From positions 1 through 49,996 of the IMG/VR virus record IMGVR_UViG_3300020045_001042: 49,996 nt of DNA. One strand, 5' to 3'. Shown here piece by piece: positions 39,003-49,569 of this stretch; position 1 is the stretch's first letter, and each line of letters opens with the position of its first letter. The notes beneath the pieces are model-generated. The model was given only the letters and a program-made list of their open reading frames with translations. It was not told where the DNA came from and did no database searches. The position numbers were made by a program, and so were the translations under genes. The stretch comes from a virus. Its lineage: Duplodnaviria > Caudoviricetes.

Positions 39003-39235
39003 GACAACAAGCACTAAAGATGCTTGTCGTCATCCAACGATAAGATTCAAGTGACGATGAAACACATCACTTGACCTAGTAAATCACATCCAACCCACAC
39101 AAAACGTGGGTCGGCTGCTCAACTAGGCATCTGTGATGATCTTATTATTCTTAACTGATACGCTCATTCTGTCTATAAAAGGGAGATAAGCAAACATCGT
39201 GCCTGACAAAGTAATTTGTCAATTGCTAAAGCACG
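39003..39235 (+). ncRNA. Candidate structured RNA or DNA element
   Basis: Several complementary stems including a pseudoknot and a GUAA-capped hairpin in an intergenic region (see findings). Confidence 0.35.
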
Positions 39236-39557
39236 CAACAAAAGCCATTTTATCCATAAAGTCAGCTCCCTAGTCATATTGACAGAGGTATAATGATGTT
39301 TTCAACGAAGAGGACAACGAAATGAAACAGATAAATGCTCAACAGGAACTCAACGATTGCGACATGTATCCCTCCACGGATAGTATTATTTATACACTCA
39401 TCGAAGGAGTTAAAACTCTAGTAGTTATCGGTTGTGTCTTGTCATTATTCTTACATCTGTATTACTGAGTGCTACCTCTTACTATATATACTCACGTGTA
39501 TATAGTAGGTCGGTCATTCGTCCGACACTTCCATCTACATACTTGAAAGGTTTCATC

Positions 39558-40328
39558 ATGTTCAACTCTATCCGCAAGTCGTTAGCTAACCTGATCGCTC
39601 CATCGGCAGTTGTGATTAATATCCCGAAGGATGCTAAGTCTCTCACGATTCAACAAATCCCAATGCATGTTCGCACTCAATCAGAACGCGTCAATCGTCA
39701 AGAAGTCATCCAAGGTAAGTTCCACCTCTCTCACTTGGAACTGATGAACAGCCAATATCTCAAAGATGCAATTGCTCAACTTGGTGCATGGGGCAGTTTA
39801 GCTCGTGTATTCTCAGAGTATGAGCGTACGTACAACAAAAAGAATGCTGACTTCGGTAAGTATCATAGTTACTTAAATGAGTTCCACGCTTGGAATGCTG
39901 CTACCTCAACAGACAAGCAAATGGACGATGAAACAGTGCTTTTGACTCTCAATCGAATGGCCGATCCAGTTGTTCCAAAGGGTAACAAAGACACAGACGC
40001 AATCATCGCACGTATTCGTAAAATGACTGTGCAAGAAATCACGCAAGAGCGCATTGCGAAGGCCGAGAAGAAATCAGCCTTGCGTAAAGAAATGCTTTCT
40101 AGTCTAGCGGCTGAGATCTGGCAATATGACTCCGATGATCTTGATCCATTCCTCGCATCCGCAAAGGTTGCAGCCAAGGCAATTCAGACTCTCGAGTGGA
40201 TTGCTAATAATTGGCAAGGTGAGCCGGCTGGGATCGCCGCTGAATTGCTATTGATTGAGGCTGATATCAAGGTTATTGAAGAACTCGCCAAGAAGGAAGA
40301 AGCCCACGAAGGTGAGTCAAACCTGTAA
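39558..40328 (+). CDS. Early hypothetical protein
   Basis: AAAGG RBS then ATG 39558; helical-looking 256 aa; followed by a terminator. Confidence 0.65.
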   Translation: MFNSIRKSLANLIAPSAVVINIPKDAKSLTIQQIPMHVRTQSERVNRQEVIQGKFHLSHLELMNSQYLKDAIAQLGAWGSLARVFSEYERTYNKKNADFGKYHSYLNEFHAWNAATSTDKQMDDETVLLTLNRMADPVVPKGNKDTDAIIARIRKMTVQEITQERIAKAEKKSALRKEMLSSLAAEIWQYDSDDLDPFLASAKVAAKAIQTLEWIANNWQGEPAGIAAELLLIEADIKVIEELAKKEEAHEGESNL

Positions 40329-40346
40329 CAAATAGAGAAGTTAATC

Positions 40347-40380
40347 GACCAGATGGCTTGTATAGCATCTGGTCTTTTTT
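40347..40380 (+). terminator. Intrinsic terminator
   Basis: GACCAGATG...CATCTGGTC-TTTTTT. Confidence 0.8.
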
Positions 40381-40953
40381 CGTCCTCAATAACACACGCA
40401 CCAATGTGGTGCATACCCCCATATAAAAAATTTTTTACGCGGCTTCGCCGCTCGCTAAAACCCATTGGAGACTGATATGCTCACCAAACAGATCCCCTTA
40501 CCGTTAAGGCAGACAAGCCTGCCATTGCAACGTAGCTGCTTCACTAACCGCTTATCTGAACAGATGTACACAAAACCTTGGGATCATCTAGCCTTCTCCG
40601 CTGGTGCCAGCTACGGACAAGCCAAGAGGCGGGCTAGTATCAACCAACAGTGCCAGTCGGTAAGGCACCAGCCCATTGAGGGTCGGTCATATCAAACGCT
40701 TTTTAAGGAATTAAAATGTCATGTTTGCTACATCACACATTAACCGCCTTCATCGTACGTTAAACTCACACAAGGAGCCTCAAATGCTACGAAATATCTA
40801 TACTAATCAAGTTGTTCATATTCCACATAACAAAGAGATGTCGGATCACATGAAGCGTAGTGTGCGTGAAACAAAAGAAGTCCTCGATCATAAAGGTGAT
40901 AAGTTCTTTCGCCTAGAAGAACGAGCACACATCAAGAAGTAATTAAGATTAAC

Positions 40954-41054
40954 GGGCGGGTTGCTAATGTTGGCCTAAGGGCGAGACTTATAAACTCGTA
41001 AGCACTGTCTAGATAAGGCAGTTAACGTGGGTTCGATTCCCACCCCGCCTACCA
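40954..41054 (+). tRNA. tRNA with UAU anticodon (Ile codon AUA) and a long variable arm
   Basis: Acceptor GGGCGGG/CCCGCCT-A-CCA, T arm GTGGG-TTCGATT-CCCAC, anticodon loop CT-TAT-AA, variable stem ACTGTCT/AGGCAGT. Confidence 0.8.
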
Positions 41055-41057
41055 ATT

Positions 41058-41143
41058 AGGATAGTAGCTCAGCGAAAGAGCAACTGTTCATAGCCGGCCT
41101 TGAGAACAGCATGTCGTAGGTTAAATTCCTACCTATCCTACCA
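41058..41143 (+). tRNA. tRNA-like RNA with an aberrant anticodon arm
   Basis: Acceptor AGGATAG/CTATCCT-A-CCA, D arm GCTC/GAGC, T arm GTAGG/CCTAC; anticodon stem CTGTTC/GAACAG closes a 14-nt loop. Confidence 0.7.
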
Positions 41144-41164
41144 AACAAATAAATGGAGATTAAC

Positions 41165-41440
41165 ATGAGTATCCGATTTGCGCATATTCGCATCATCGCA
41201 CCAGATGGTCACATTGACTCTAAGGGTGGACTAACCATTGCCTATGAACAACAAGGTAATACAATTAACTATGCTATTGCTCGTTGTCATGAGCGGGACA
41301 ACTTTGTTAAATCACAGGGACGTGTAAAAGCAGCCGGTCGTCTCCTATCAGACAAGCACCGACAATCTACAACCCTTGATATTACTAGCTTTAAAGAGAA
41401 GATCTATAAGATGCCGCTTAATTATGTCGGCAATGTATAA
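41165..41440 (+). CDS. Hypothetical phage protein
   Basis: GGAG RBS; GGLTIAY...ARC...DNF.K..GR..A. Confidence 0.65.
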   Translation: MSIRFAHIRIIAPDGHIDSKGGLTIAYEQQGNTINYAIARCHERDNFVKSQGRVKAAGRLLSDKHRQSTTLDITSFKEKIYKMPLNYVGNV

Positions 41441-41887
41441 GAACCCCATAGAATAAGGTCGGTCATCACTATTGAAAACAATTCTACTACTTATTCTATC
41501 TTTTATCCTCTTCTCTTTTAGTGCTATTGTAGGAATCGTAAGTTATAAAATATATTTGCAGCAGACTATACAATGTTCATTAGAAGAGAACGGACATTCT
41601 CTAGTACAATCCATGTCTGATGGTAACGAAGTAATATGTACCTACACGAAAGACACCCTTCAACATAAAAGATTAAAATACAAAAAAGGAGCTCTTAAAT
41701 GAATATTATCTTTTGTATATTAGCAACAATAATCTTACTATGTCTTATATACTATGATGACAACTTCTACACCCATGTAGGTTGGCTTACATATGTATTA
41801 TTAGTTGTCTTAGCTATATCAGGCTGTGCATCATTTCCCACATCTAATTTTGAGGAAGAGCCATTTGTATATATGGATTATCCTTAA

Positions 41888-42238
41888 ATGAAAACTAGAT
41901 ACTACATCTATGCAACAGCTACCAATAAACATGGTACAACTATAAGTAAAGGTAAAAATAGTTATACTAAATCTCATCCACTTCAAGCCTACTTTGCAAA
42001 GAAAGTAGGAAGACCTGAACAGATATACCTTCATGCAGAAATTCAATGTATTCTTAATGCAAAAGGAGATGAGATTTATGAGCTAAAAGTAGAACGAGAC
42101 GATAGAAAATCTCTCTGTAATGCACGCCCATGTCCTATTTGTATGGAGGCCATTCGCGCTTTTGGTATCAAAAAACTTACATACACAACTGAATCTGGAT
42201 ATAAAACAATATGGGTAAAAGATGGAACAGACGTTTAG
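41888..42238 (+). CDS. Cytidine/dCMP deaminase-like Zn protein
   Basis: HAE...PCPIC signature. Confidence 0.8.
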   Translation: MKTRYYIYATATNKHGTTISKGKNSYTKSHPLQAYFAKKVGRPEQIYLHAEIQCILNAKGDEIYELKVERDDRKSLCNARPCPICMEAIRAFGIKKLTYTTESGYKTIWVKDGTDV

Positions 42239-42779
42239 AGGTTGAAGATTCAACAGGAATCCAACCTATTAAACAACGAATGATTGAGCACACAATCTCC
42301 CCCTATCAAACACAAACTACATCATATTCTAACACAACATATCGACGTGTTATGAGTGTTGAAGAATACAATACATATCTTAAACAAGCAGAAGAAAAAG
42401 GATTTAAAATCGGAGCAAAGGTACGGACAGGATATGGAGCAGAAGCTCATATCGTAAGTGTTAAACCTACAGATAAACCTATTGATGTATGGAGTGGTAA
42501 AACTCTACCAGATTGCTTCCTCATCCATAGAGTAGATCAACCTACACCCATTCAAATGGGTTACAATGAAACAGAACTTACTTTAATCTAAAGGGACAGA
42601 CATCATGCTAATTAAACATATCAATAAAAATACCTTCGACCTATTCTTTAATAATGGTTGGGATAATTGGGCACGATTTGAAGTAAAAGGAACACAACTC
42701 CATCAAGTTAACGGAGTACAAGTACCAACTAACATTACATCCTTCCTTAATAAGCGCTATTGTAAATAAGGGATCATCA

Positions 42780-43412
42780 ATGAAAAGAGTTGCTGCTAAT
42801 TGTGGATATCAATCATCTACCATCTTCCCTTGTTTTAATGTGGGAGTAGGTCTTACACATCCAGATCAACTCAAAGAAGATCATGTATTGATCCTACATG
42901 GAGGCGGGGATATCTCCCCTTCCCTATACGGATCGAAGAAATCTAAACGAGGATACGGATTCGATGATCCTACTGATCGTGATCTACTTGAATGGGAAAT
43001 GATTACTCAAGCAGTAAAGATGGGTATCCCCATTGTTGGTATCTGTCGGGGTGCTCAAATGTTATGTGCCTTTGATGGTGGTACATTAACTCAACATATA
43101 ACAGGCCACCAAGGGTCTGACCATCGTATCATTGATACACGAACAGATCAAGTGCTCATAGCTAATAGTTGCCATCACCAAATGATGAATGTGAAGGACG
43201 GTCATAAGAATCTCACCCTTGCTCATACCATTGGAGAAGTTACAGGCTATGATGATAATGATAAAGCATTCACTATCATTAATGTGCCTGAAGTAGTCTA
43301 TTTCCCACTACTAAAAGCAATTGGTATTCAAGGACATCCTGAATGGATGCCCGGATCGCTATTCACTCGCTACTGTAGTAATCTTATTAAAGACTTCCTA
43401 TTAGGAGAATAA
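42780..43412 (+). CDS. Class I glutamine amidotransferase (peptidase C26-like)
   Basis: GGGDISP, GICRGAQ, NSCHHQ, QGHPE. Confidence 0.9.
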   Translation: MKRVAANCGYQSSTIFPCFNVGVGLTHPDQLKEDHVLILHGGGDISPSLYGSKKSKRGYGFDDPTDRDLLEWEMITQAVKMGIPIVGICRGAQMLCAFDGGTLTQHITGHQGSDHRIIDTRTDQVLIANSCHHQMMNVKDGHKNLTLAHTIGEVTGYDDNDKAFTIINVPEVVYFPLLKAIGIQGHPEWMPGSLFTRYCSNLIKDFLLGE

Positions 43413-43415
43413 TAA

Positions 43416-43757
43416 GTGAAAACTCTAGAAGAAAAGATTAAAGTAATGCAAGCAATGCTTGACGGTAAACCCATAGAAATGAAAGCCCATGCGTGTTTAG
43501 TATATAACACTTGGAATGGCATCCGTCCCCCTAATTTTAATTGGGACCTTAATGATTACCGCATCAAAGAAGAACCTAAAAAGAAAATAAAGTTATATCA
43601 AGCTTTACTTCACTACAAAGATTCTATGTGTTATCAACTAACACCTCAATTATATAAAACAGTAGAACAAGTAACAGAGATATACAAGCATTCTAACTAT
43701 GAAGTAATTAAACTCTTACCCCATACTGAAATAGAAGTGGAGATTGACAATGAGTAA
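43416..43757 (+). CDS. Hypothetical phage protein
   Basis: DGKPIE...PNFNW...YRIK pattern; RBS AGGAG. Confidence 0.6.
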   Translation: MKTLEEKIKVMQAMLDGKPIEMKAHACLVYNTWNGIRPPNFNWDLNDYRIKEEPKKKIKLYQALLHYKDSMCYQLTPQLYKTVEQVTEIYKHSNYEVIKLLPHTEIEVEIDNE

Positions 43758-44514
43758 ATTCACACTGGGTGCTGACCCGGAACTGTTCCTTCTTAAGAAC
43801 GGTAAACCCTTCTCAGCTATTGGGCTTATCGGTGGTACGAAGGAAGAACCTAAACCTATGCAGAAACGAGGCTTCTTTGTTCAAGAAGATAACGTATCTG
43901 TTGAATTTAATGTACCACCTGCCTACAATCACCAAGAGTTTATTGATAACATTCAATATGTTATGACTTCTCTTAAGAAGAAACTCAAGAAGTTTGAGCT
44001 TAGTGAAGATAGTGCTCTAGTTTTTCCAGAGGAACAACTCATTCATCCACAAGCACAGGAATTTGGATGTGAACCTGACTATAATGCATGGACTAAGGAG
44101 ATGAACCCTCGTCCAAAAGCTACTGATGCTTCTCTACGTAGTGCTGGTGGTCACGTACATATTGGTACAAAAGAAGATCCTATTGAGGTTATTCGTGCAA
44201 TGGATCTATTTGTTGGTTGTCCATCTATTAAGTTAGATAAAGGATTACTTCGCCGTCAATTGTACGGAAAGGCTGGTGCCTTCCGTCCAAAGAGATACGG
44301 CTGTGAGTATCGTACCCTTAGTAACTTCTGGATCTTCTCAAAAGAAAAGATTCAATGGGTCTACGATCAAACAGCACGTGCCATTGACTTCGTGGAATCA
44401 GGTGAGACTATTGATCCTAAGCACGCTGATATCATCCAAGAATGTATTAACAATTCAAGTGAGAAAGCATATGAATTTCTTCGAGAAAATTATAGACTTG
44501 CCGAAAACCAGTGA
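43750..44514 (+). CDS. phiEco32-like COOH-NH2 ligase type 2
   Basis: LGADPELFL, DNVSVEFN, FGCEPD, RSAGGHVHIG, RRQLYGKAG, EYRTLSNFW. Confidence 0.9.
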   Translation: MSKFTLGADPELFLLKNGKPFSAIGLIGGTKEEPKPMQKRGFFVQEDNVSVEFNVPPAYNHQEFIDNIQYVMTSLKKKLKKFELSEDSALVFPEEQLIHPQAQEFGCEPDYNAWTKEMNPRPKATDASLRSAGGHVHIGTKEDPIEVIRAMDLFVGCPSIKLDKGLLRRQLYGKAGAFRPKRYGCEYRTLSNFWIFSKEKIQWVYDQTARAIDFVESGETIDPKHADIIQECINNSSEKAYEFLRENYRLAENQ

Positions 44515-45127
44515 GTCTTTCGTATCGGATATGGAGAAAAGGTTCCATAGAACCTTTCTCCTTTGTCGTGCTAACCCAAAAGAAGACTTCTATCCTGTAG
44601 AAGTAAGGGATAGAGTAGATGCTTCCTTGTTTTTATTTATAAGTCCATTCAGTAATAGTGAAGTTAATATCAAAACGTCTACTCTAGAAGTACAACCTTT
44701 TTTACCAGACACAGGTTATTATAATCTCAAAACAAGATTATTCTATCTTACGAAAGATCCACAACGTCAATGGAAACGTAGCTTCTGTCCTAGTATCTAC
44801 ACATTAAATTCCCCCATCAATACTGATATGCAATGGGGTCGTACAAACACAGCCAGTTGGACTGAATGTGCACGTGCAATATGTAACAATAAATACACAT
44901 CTTTAGATTCCATTAAACAAAAAGACGCCGTACCAACAGCCCTTAGTCTTTCATTTGCTTTTTCTTATAATGAACGTGAGAATAAGCACCAGCTTATCTA
45001 TCGTCGAGTACCAGTAGCTACCTTAGACTTTGAGAAAAAAGAAATAGTAGATGTAGTAGATTTTATGCATCAAGAAATTCAAGATCTTTTATATAGGACT
45101 AATGTTAAATCATGGAAACTAACATGA
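44471..45127 (+). CDS. Hypothetical protein of the amidoligase cluster
   Basis: P.TGYYN...PQRQWKRS; ATG 44471. Confidence 0.6.
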   Translation: MNFFEKIIDLPKTSESFVSDMEKRFHRTFLLCRANPKEDFYPVEVRDRVDASLFLFISPFSNSEVNIKTSTLEVQPFLPDTGYYNLKTRLFYLTKDPQRQWKRSFCPSIYTLNSPINTDMQWGRTNTASWTECARAICNNKYTSLDSIKQKDAVPTALSLSFAFSYNERENKHQLIYRRVPVATLDFEKKEIVDVVDFMHQEIQDLLYRTNVKSWKLT

Positions 45128-46371
45128 ACAAACAAAAACTAAGTGATTACTTCAATCTTACTCCTCTCAAAATGACAAGTCAATTAGAGGAATACAAACA
45201 AGAAGATGCACTATATAAAAATACTATCCCACTAGTTAATCCGAACTATATCTTTGGTTTAGAAATTGAAGTAGAACAAATCCATCAAGTAGACAAACCT
45301 AAATTTAAATCTTACTGGGATGTCACACCAGACAACAGCTTACGCAATAGTGGAATTGAATTCGTATCCAAACCTCTCAAAGCATTTCAAATTGAAGGGG
45401 CTTTAGATCAATTAGTAGATAACCTTAAGATTAATGGCAACCCTCCAGAATTTACACCTCGCACATCTACACATATACATATGAATGTACGGGACTTAAC
45501 TATCTCCCAAATCTTTAACTTAGTTCTTATCTATACTAGTGTTGAGAATGTATTATTTAATTGGGTCGGTCATGGACGAGATAAAAATATCTTCTGTATT
45601 AAATTAACTGATACAGAATACATTCATCAATATACCACACTACTTAATGATCCAGCCCGTGCAACACGTTACTGGAATAAATACACAGCACTTAATTTAA
45701 AACCAATGGAATCCAAGGGTACAATTGAATTCCGACATATGTATGGTACTATGGATAAAGAGATTATCCTTCCATGGATCAACTTTATATCTTGTATTAA
45801 AGCTTATGCTAAAACTGTAACTACCCAAGATTTATACGCCCAACTTAGAGAATTAAATACCAATTCATTATATGAAGAGTATCTCTATTCTATCTTTGGT
45901 AATTACACTAAATATTTACTCCTAGATATTACTAATCTACAAACTCTATTAGAAGACACTATTACATATGTTAAATTGAGTACATTAGTAAAAAAACAAC
46001 CTACCACAATAGATTGGGAGACTCCTCCTGCCATTAGATTCACTGACACAAATAGGGAACAACGTACTATTGGTAGAGCTATTCTAGACGAGGTAGATCC
46101 CCAAGAAATACCACCTACACCATATACCCCTCCACTTGAATACCAACCAATAGACCCAACACTAACAGTAAATCCTATACCCAATATAAGACAAACAGTT
46201 GAATTTAATCGTATGGCAGAACAATTCAGATTATTCGAACAACAACTAGGAAATACAACACATACACCTGTAAATAGACCCACACGTCGCCCTGTGCCTA
46301 CCATAGAAGAACGTGTACAACAACGAGCAGCGGCCCGTCAACGTATGATTAATAACGAAAGAGGTATCTAA
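45112..46371 (+). CDS. Putative amidoligase (COOH-NH2 ligase)
   Basis: FGLEIEVE, DNSLR..GIEF, STHIHMN, KYTALN, GTIEFRH. Confidence 0.88.
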   Translation: METNMNKQKLSDYFNLTPLKMTSQLEEYKQEDALYKNTIPLVNPNYIFGLEIEVEQIHQVDKPKFKSYWDVTPDNSLRNSGIEFVSKPLKAFQIEGALDQLVDNLKINGNPPEFTPRTSTHIHMNVRDLTISQIFNLVLIYTSVENVLFNWVGHGRDKNIFCIKLTDTEYIHQYTTLLNDPARATRYWNKYTALNLKPMESKGTIEFRHMYGTMDKEIILPWINFISCIKAYAKTVTTQDLYAQLRELNTNSLYEEYLYSIFGNYTKYLLLDITNLQTLLEDTITYVKLSTLVKKQPTTIDWETPPAIRFTDTNREQRTIGRAILDEVDPQEIPPTPYTPPLEYQPIDPTLTVNPIPNIRQTVEFNRMAEQFRLFEQQLGNTTHTPVNRPTRRPVPTIEERVQQRAAARQRMINNERGI

Positions 46372-46372
46372 A

Positions 46373-47752
46373 TTGTGTGGAATCGTCGGGTTACTAACCA
46401 AAAGAATGAATGGCTTCTTTAGTCCAGAAGTAGAAACATTCCAACAAATGTTATATGCTGATGCTGTTCGTGGTTGGGATGCAACAGGAGCCATGGGCAT
46501 TACAAAAGAAGGTAATGTAGATATTAAGAAACAAGCAGCAGCAGCTAGTATCTTTGTATCTTCTACTGAATTTGATGCCTTCAAAAAGAAGATGTTATCT
46601 TCCTACCACGCAGTAATTGGACACAATCGTAAAGCTACTCATGGTGAGAAACGCCATGAAGATGCTCACCCTTTCTGGGATAAAGATAATAAGATTGTTC
46701 TTGTACATAATGGAATGATTAGTAATCACAAAGAACTCTGTACTAACTCTACAGTTGATTCTGCGGCTGTAGCTAATGCATTCGCAGATAAAGAAAGTTT
46801 AGAAGTTCTTCCATCTGTTCAAGGTGCATACGCTTTCATTTGGTATGATGTTAAACAGAAAAAGGTGTTCTTCTGCAGAAATGAGTCACGTCCTCTTTTC
46901 TTAGTAGAAACAGACGATCTTTTTGCTCTTATGTCTGAGCCTTCTCTAGCTGTATGGACTCTTGGTCGTAACAATATTAAGATCACATCTATCAAACAAA
47001 TAGAAGATCACACACTATTTGAATACGACCTTGCTTCACATAAGATTGAGGTAGTACAAAAATACGAACAAAAAAAAACCGTTACAACATACAACAAGTA
47101 CAATGGGGGTACTGGGACTACTAGCAACAATATTATCTATTTACCTTCTCAACATAAACAAGAATTAGTTACTCCCCCATTTAAGAAAACACTTGGTGTT
47201 CTCTATAACACTATGGAAGTTATTGAAGTAGATCCTAAATGTTTTCTAACTAATAAAGATATACCTACTAGAGAAAGAGCCGTAGATATATACAACAACA
47301 GACAACTTATATACATTCAAATCTCAACCTACGAAGAGATTGTAAATAAAACTACAGGAGTTGTGTCTGTAACAGTTAAAGGACAACCCATTAATATTAA
47401 TCATCAGTGGTTAATTTGTAAAGCTCACATGAGTAAACATGAGTTTGATCTTATTGATCTTACTGAAGTATTTGAATTTCAAATTGCTTCTATTATTCGT
47501 GGTAAGGATATGAATGTCTTGATGTATGGTAAAATAGGTAATATCCTTGATGCAAAAGAAACAAACAACGGATGTACTGTAACAGAATCTATGTGGTTTG
47601 ATTCAGTATTCCCTGATAAGTGTGATCTCTGTCGCTTACCTCTACATTACAAAGATCTACCAGAATCTACAATTGAGTATGAGAATTACCAAGTTAAACA
47701 TGCACTTTGTCCAGCTTGTACAGTTAAATATGAATCATCTAAGGAGAAGTAA
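46373..47752 (+). CDS. Class II (Ntn) glutamine amidotransferase
   Basis: MCGIVG, RGWDATG, GHNRKAT, AHPF, HNG, VDS, RPL. Confidence 0.9.
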   Translation: MCGIVGLLTKRMNGFFSPEVETFQQMLYADAVRGWDATGAMGITKEGNVDIKKQAAAASIFVSSTEFDAFKKKMLSSYHAVIGHNRKATHGEKRHEDAHPFWDKDNKIVLVHNGMISNHKELCTNSTVDSAAVANAFADKESLEVLPSVQGAYAFIWYDVKQKKVFFCRNESRPLFLVETDDLFALMSEPSLAVWTLGRNNIKITSIKQIEDHTLFEYDLASHKIEVVQKYEQKKTVTTYNKYNGGTGTTSNNIIYLPSQHKQELVTPPFKKTLGVLYNTMEVIEVDPKCFLTNKDIPTRERAVDIYNNRQLIYIQISTYEEIVNKTTGVVSVTVKGQPININHQWLICKAHMSKHEFDLIDLTEVFEFQIASIIRGKDMNVLMYGKIGNILDAKETNNGCTVTESMWFDSVFPDKCDLCRLPLHYKDLPESTIEYENYQVKHALCPACTVKYESSKEK

Positions 47753-47817
47753 ATGATCTTTTTATTAGGTTTTATTATAGGTTTTCTATTAATAGAATTA
47801 TATTTTTGGATTATAGA

Positions 47818-48579
47818 ATGAAATACGTAATCATTCCATACAAGATTGGTAGTCAATCAGCTAAGAAATTACAAGAAAGTATCAAAGCAGCCGGACATCG
47901 CTGTGTGCGAGTCCGCCCAGATAGCACTACCTATCGCGCACGCCCTACAGATAAGATCATCTACTATGGTGGATCTACTTTTAACTTCCATTCTAATAAG
48001 ATCATCAATCGTACTCGTGGAACTGCTAACAACAAGTTATATACCTTCCGTAAACTACAAGAAGCCGGTCTATCTACTGTAGAATGGACTACAGATCCAG
48101 CCTATGCGCGGCAACAGTGGGACATAGTTGTTATTAGAGAGACCCTACACGGACATAGTGGCGAAGGTATTAGAATGTGGTACAAAGAGGACGCAAATGC
48201 TGGGGATGATTTAGGACACGCCCTTCTCTATACTAAGTATCAGAAGAAAACCTATGAATGTCGTGTGCATGTCTTTAATGGAGTAGTTATTGATGCACAG
48301 ATCAAGCGTAAGAAAGTTACAGATGCTACCCAAGAAACGAACACTACTATCCGCAATGTGCATACTGGTTGGGTATACTGTAGGGAAGATTTCGTACTAC
48401 CAGACGAGGCTGCCCAACTTAGCATTGCCGCCGTACAAGCCGTAGGTTTAGACTTCGGAGCAGTTGACTTAATCTACAATAAGCATTATAATAAATTTTA
48501 TATCCTCGAGATCAATTCTGCACCTGGAATTGAAGGTACTACCCTTAATAACTACGTTCAAACTATTCTAGCTGTTTAA
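47818..48579 (+). CDS. ATP-grasp (RimK-like) ligase
   Basis: NK..TF, GHSGEGI, ECRVHVF, GLDFGAVD, LEINSAPG. Confidence 0.9.
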   Translation: MKYVIIPYKIGSQSAKKLQESIKAAGHRCVRVRPDSTTYRARPTDKIIYYGGSTFNFHSNKIINRTRGTANNKLYTFRKLQEAGLSTVEWTTDPAYARQQWDIVVIRETLHGHSGEGIRMWYKEDANAGDDLGHALLYTKYQKKTYECRVHVFNGVVIDAQIKRKKVTDATQETNTTIRNVHTGWVYCREDFVLPDEAAQLSIAAVQAVGLDFGAVDLIYNKHYNKFYILEINSAPGIEGTTLNNYVQTILAV

Positions 48580-48594
48580 AAAAAGGAAATAACT

Positions 48595-49569
48595 ATGCAG
48601 ACTTTACAAGCCATTACAAATCCACTTCGCCGGGTGAATGGAAACTATATAAGCAAATTTTTATTTGCAGATAAGTATTATAACGGGATTAGTTGGGGTA
48701 AATGTGTAATAAACGATGAGAATAAAACAGTGGAGTTCATGCAGACTCCTGGATCTTGTAAGGATTACGTAGTTGATACACGTTATCGTAACGTATCCAA
48801 TGGATGGGATAAGTATTTATGGACACAAGAAGAGATTGAATACCCATCCGTATATTTCTGGATGTCTTCTCCTATGTATGATAGAATCACACAGAAGATT
48901 AAAGAAATTCTTAATCCTTGGGAAGAAAAAAATGGGTTTCTACCATCTGAAACCTTAGCTGTAAACTTTAATGGCACACAATTAGTAGATAAGACTAATA
49001 CAGAAAAGCATGTACTTATTCTTAAATTTGATCCTGTATGGATGCAGAACTCTATGTGTATGAGTTTCTTTCTCTCTGTTGTACGTCATGCTATATTACA
49101 AGAGAAGATTCAATTTAAAGACATTACTAATACTGAATATTCTAAACCTGAACATGCTTATCGTGACAGGTTAGTACCTGAATGTAAACAAGTAATAGAT
49201 TATACAATTGATAATCCAAGAACCTTGTTAGAATTTACTAAAGATTCTAATGCGCATGGATATAAAGTTAATCCACAAACTCATGGTTGTACTGGTTTGT
49301 TTTATATCTTTAATCCTCTTGTATATAAATACCATAAAGACTATGCAGAATCGGATACACTAAAAAGATGCTATCCAGCAGTCTGTAGTCATATATTAAC
49401 TGCTTATGCTGACCATGTACTAGAACTACTATCACCTAAGAAAGAAGAACTCCCAGATGTCAAGATGCAAAGCCTGCAACCAAAAGTTACAAAACCACGA
49501 ACTCATAAGACAACTCCAAAAAGTACCACCACACTTATCTGGCCAACAACACCAGAAGCTATCTTCTAG
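48595..49569 (+). CDS. Hypothetical protein
   Basis: 324-aa ORF with AAGGA RBS, at the end of the ligase cluster. Confidence 0.6.
   Translation: MQTLQAITNPLRRVNGNYISKFLFADKYYNGISWGKCVINDENKTVEFMQTPGSCKDYVVDTRYRNVSNGWDKYLWTQEEIEYPSVYFWMSSPMYDRITQKIKEILNPWEEKNGFLPSETLAVNFNGTQLVDKTNTEKHVLILKFDPVWMQNSMCMSFFLSVVRHAILQEKIQFKDITNTEYSKPEHAYRDRLVPECKQVIDYTIDNPRTLLEFTKDSNAHGYKVNPQTHGCTGLFYIFNPLVYKYHKDYAESDTLKRCYPAVCSHILTAYADHVLELLSPKKEELPDVKMQSLQPKVTKPRTHKTTPKSTTTLIWPTTPEAIF

Noticed and set aside
39279-39294. sigma70 promoter TTGACA...TATAAT
   Set aside because: The spacer is only 4 nt
40447-40460. Minus-strand UUUUAGCGAGCGGC as a guide for the polymerase micro-intron
   Set aside because: The pairing relies on several G.U wobbles, it is antisense to local transcription, and there is no ribozyme core nearby; probably chance
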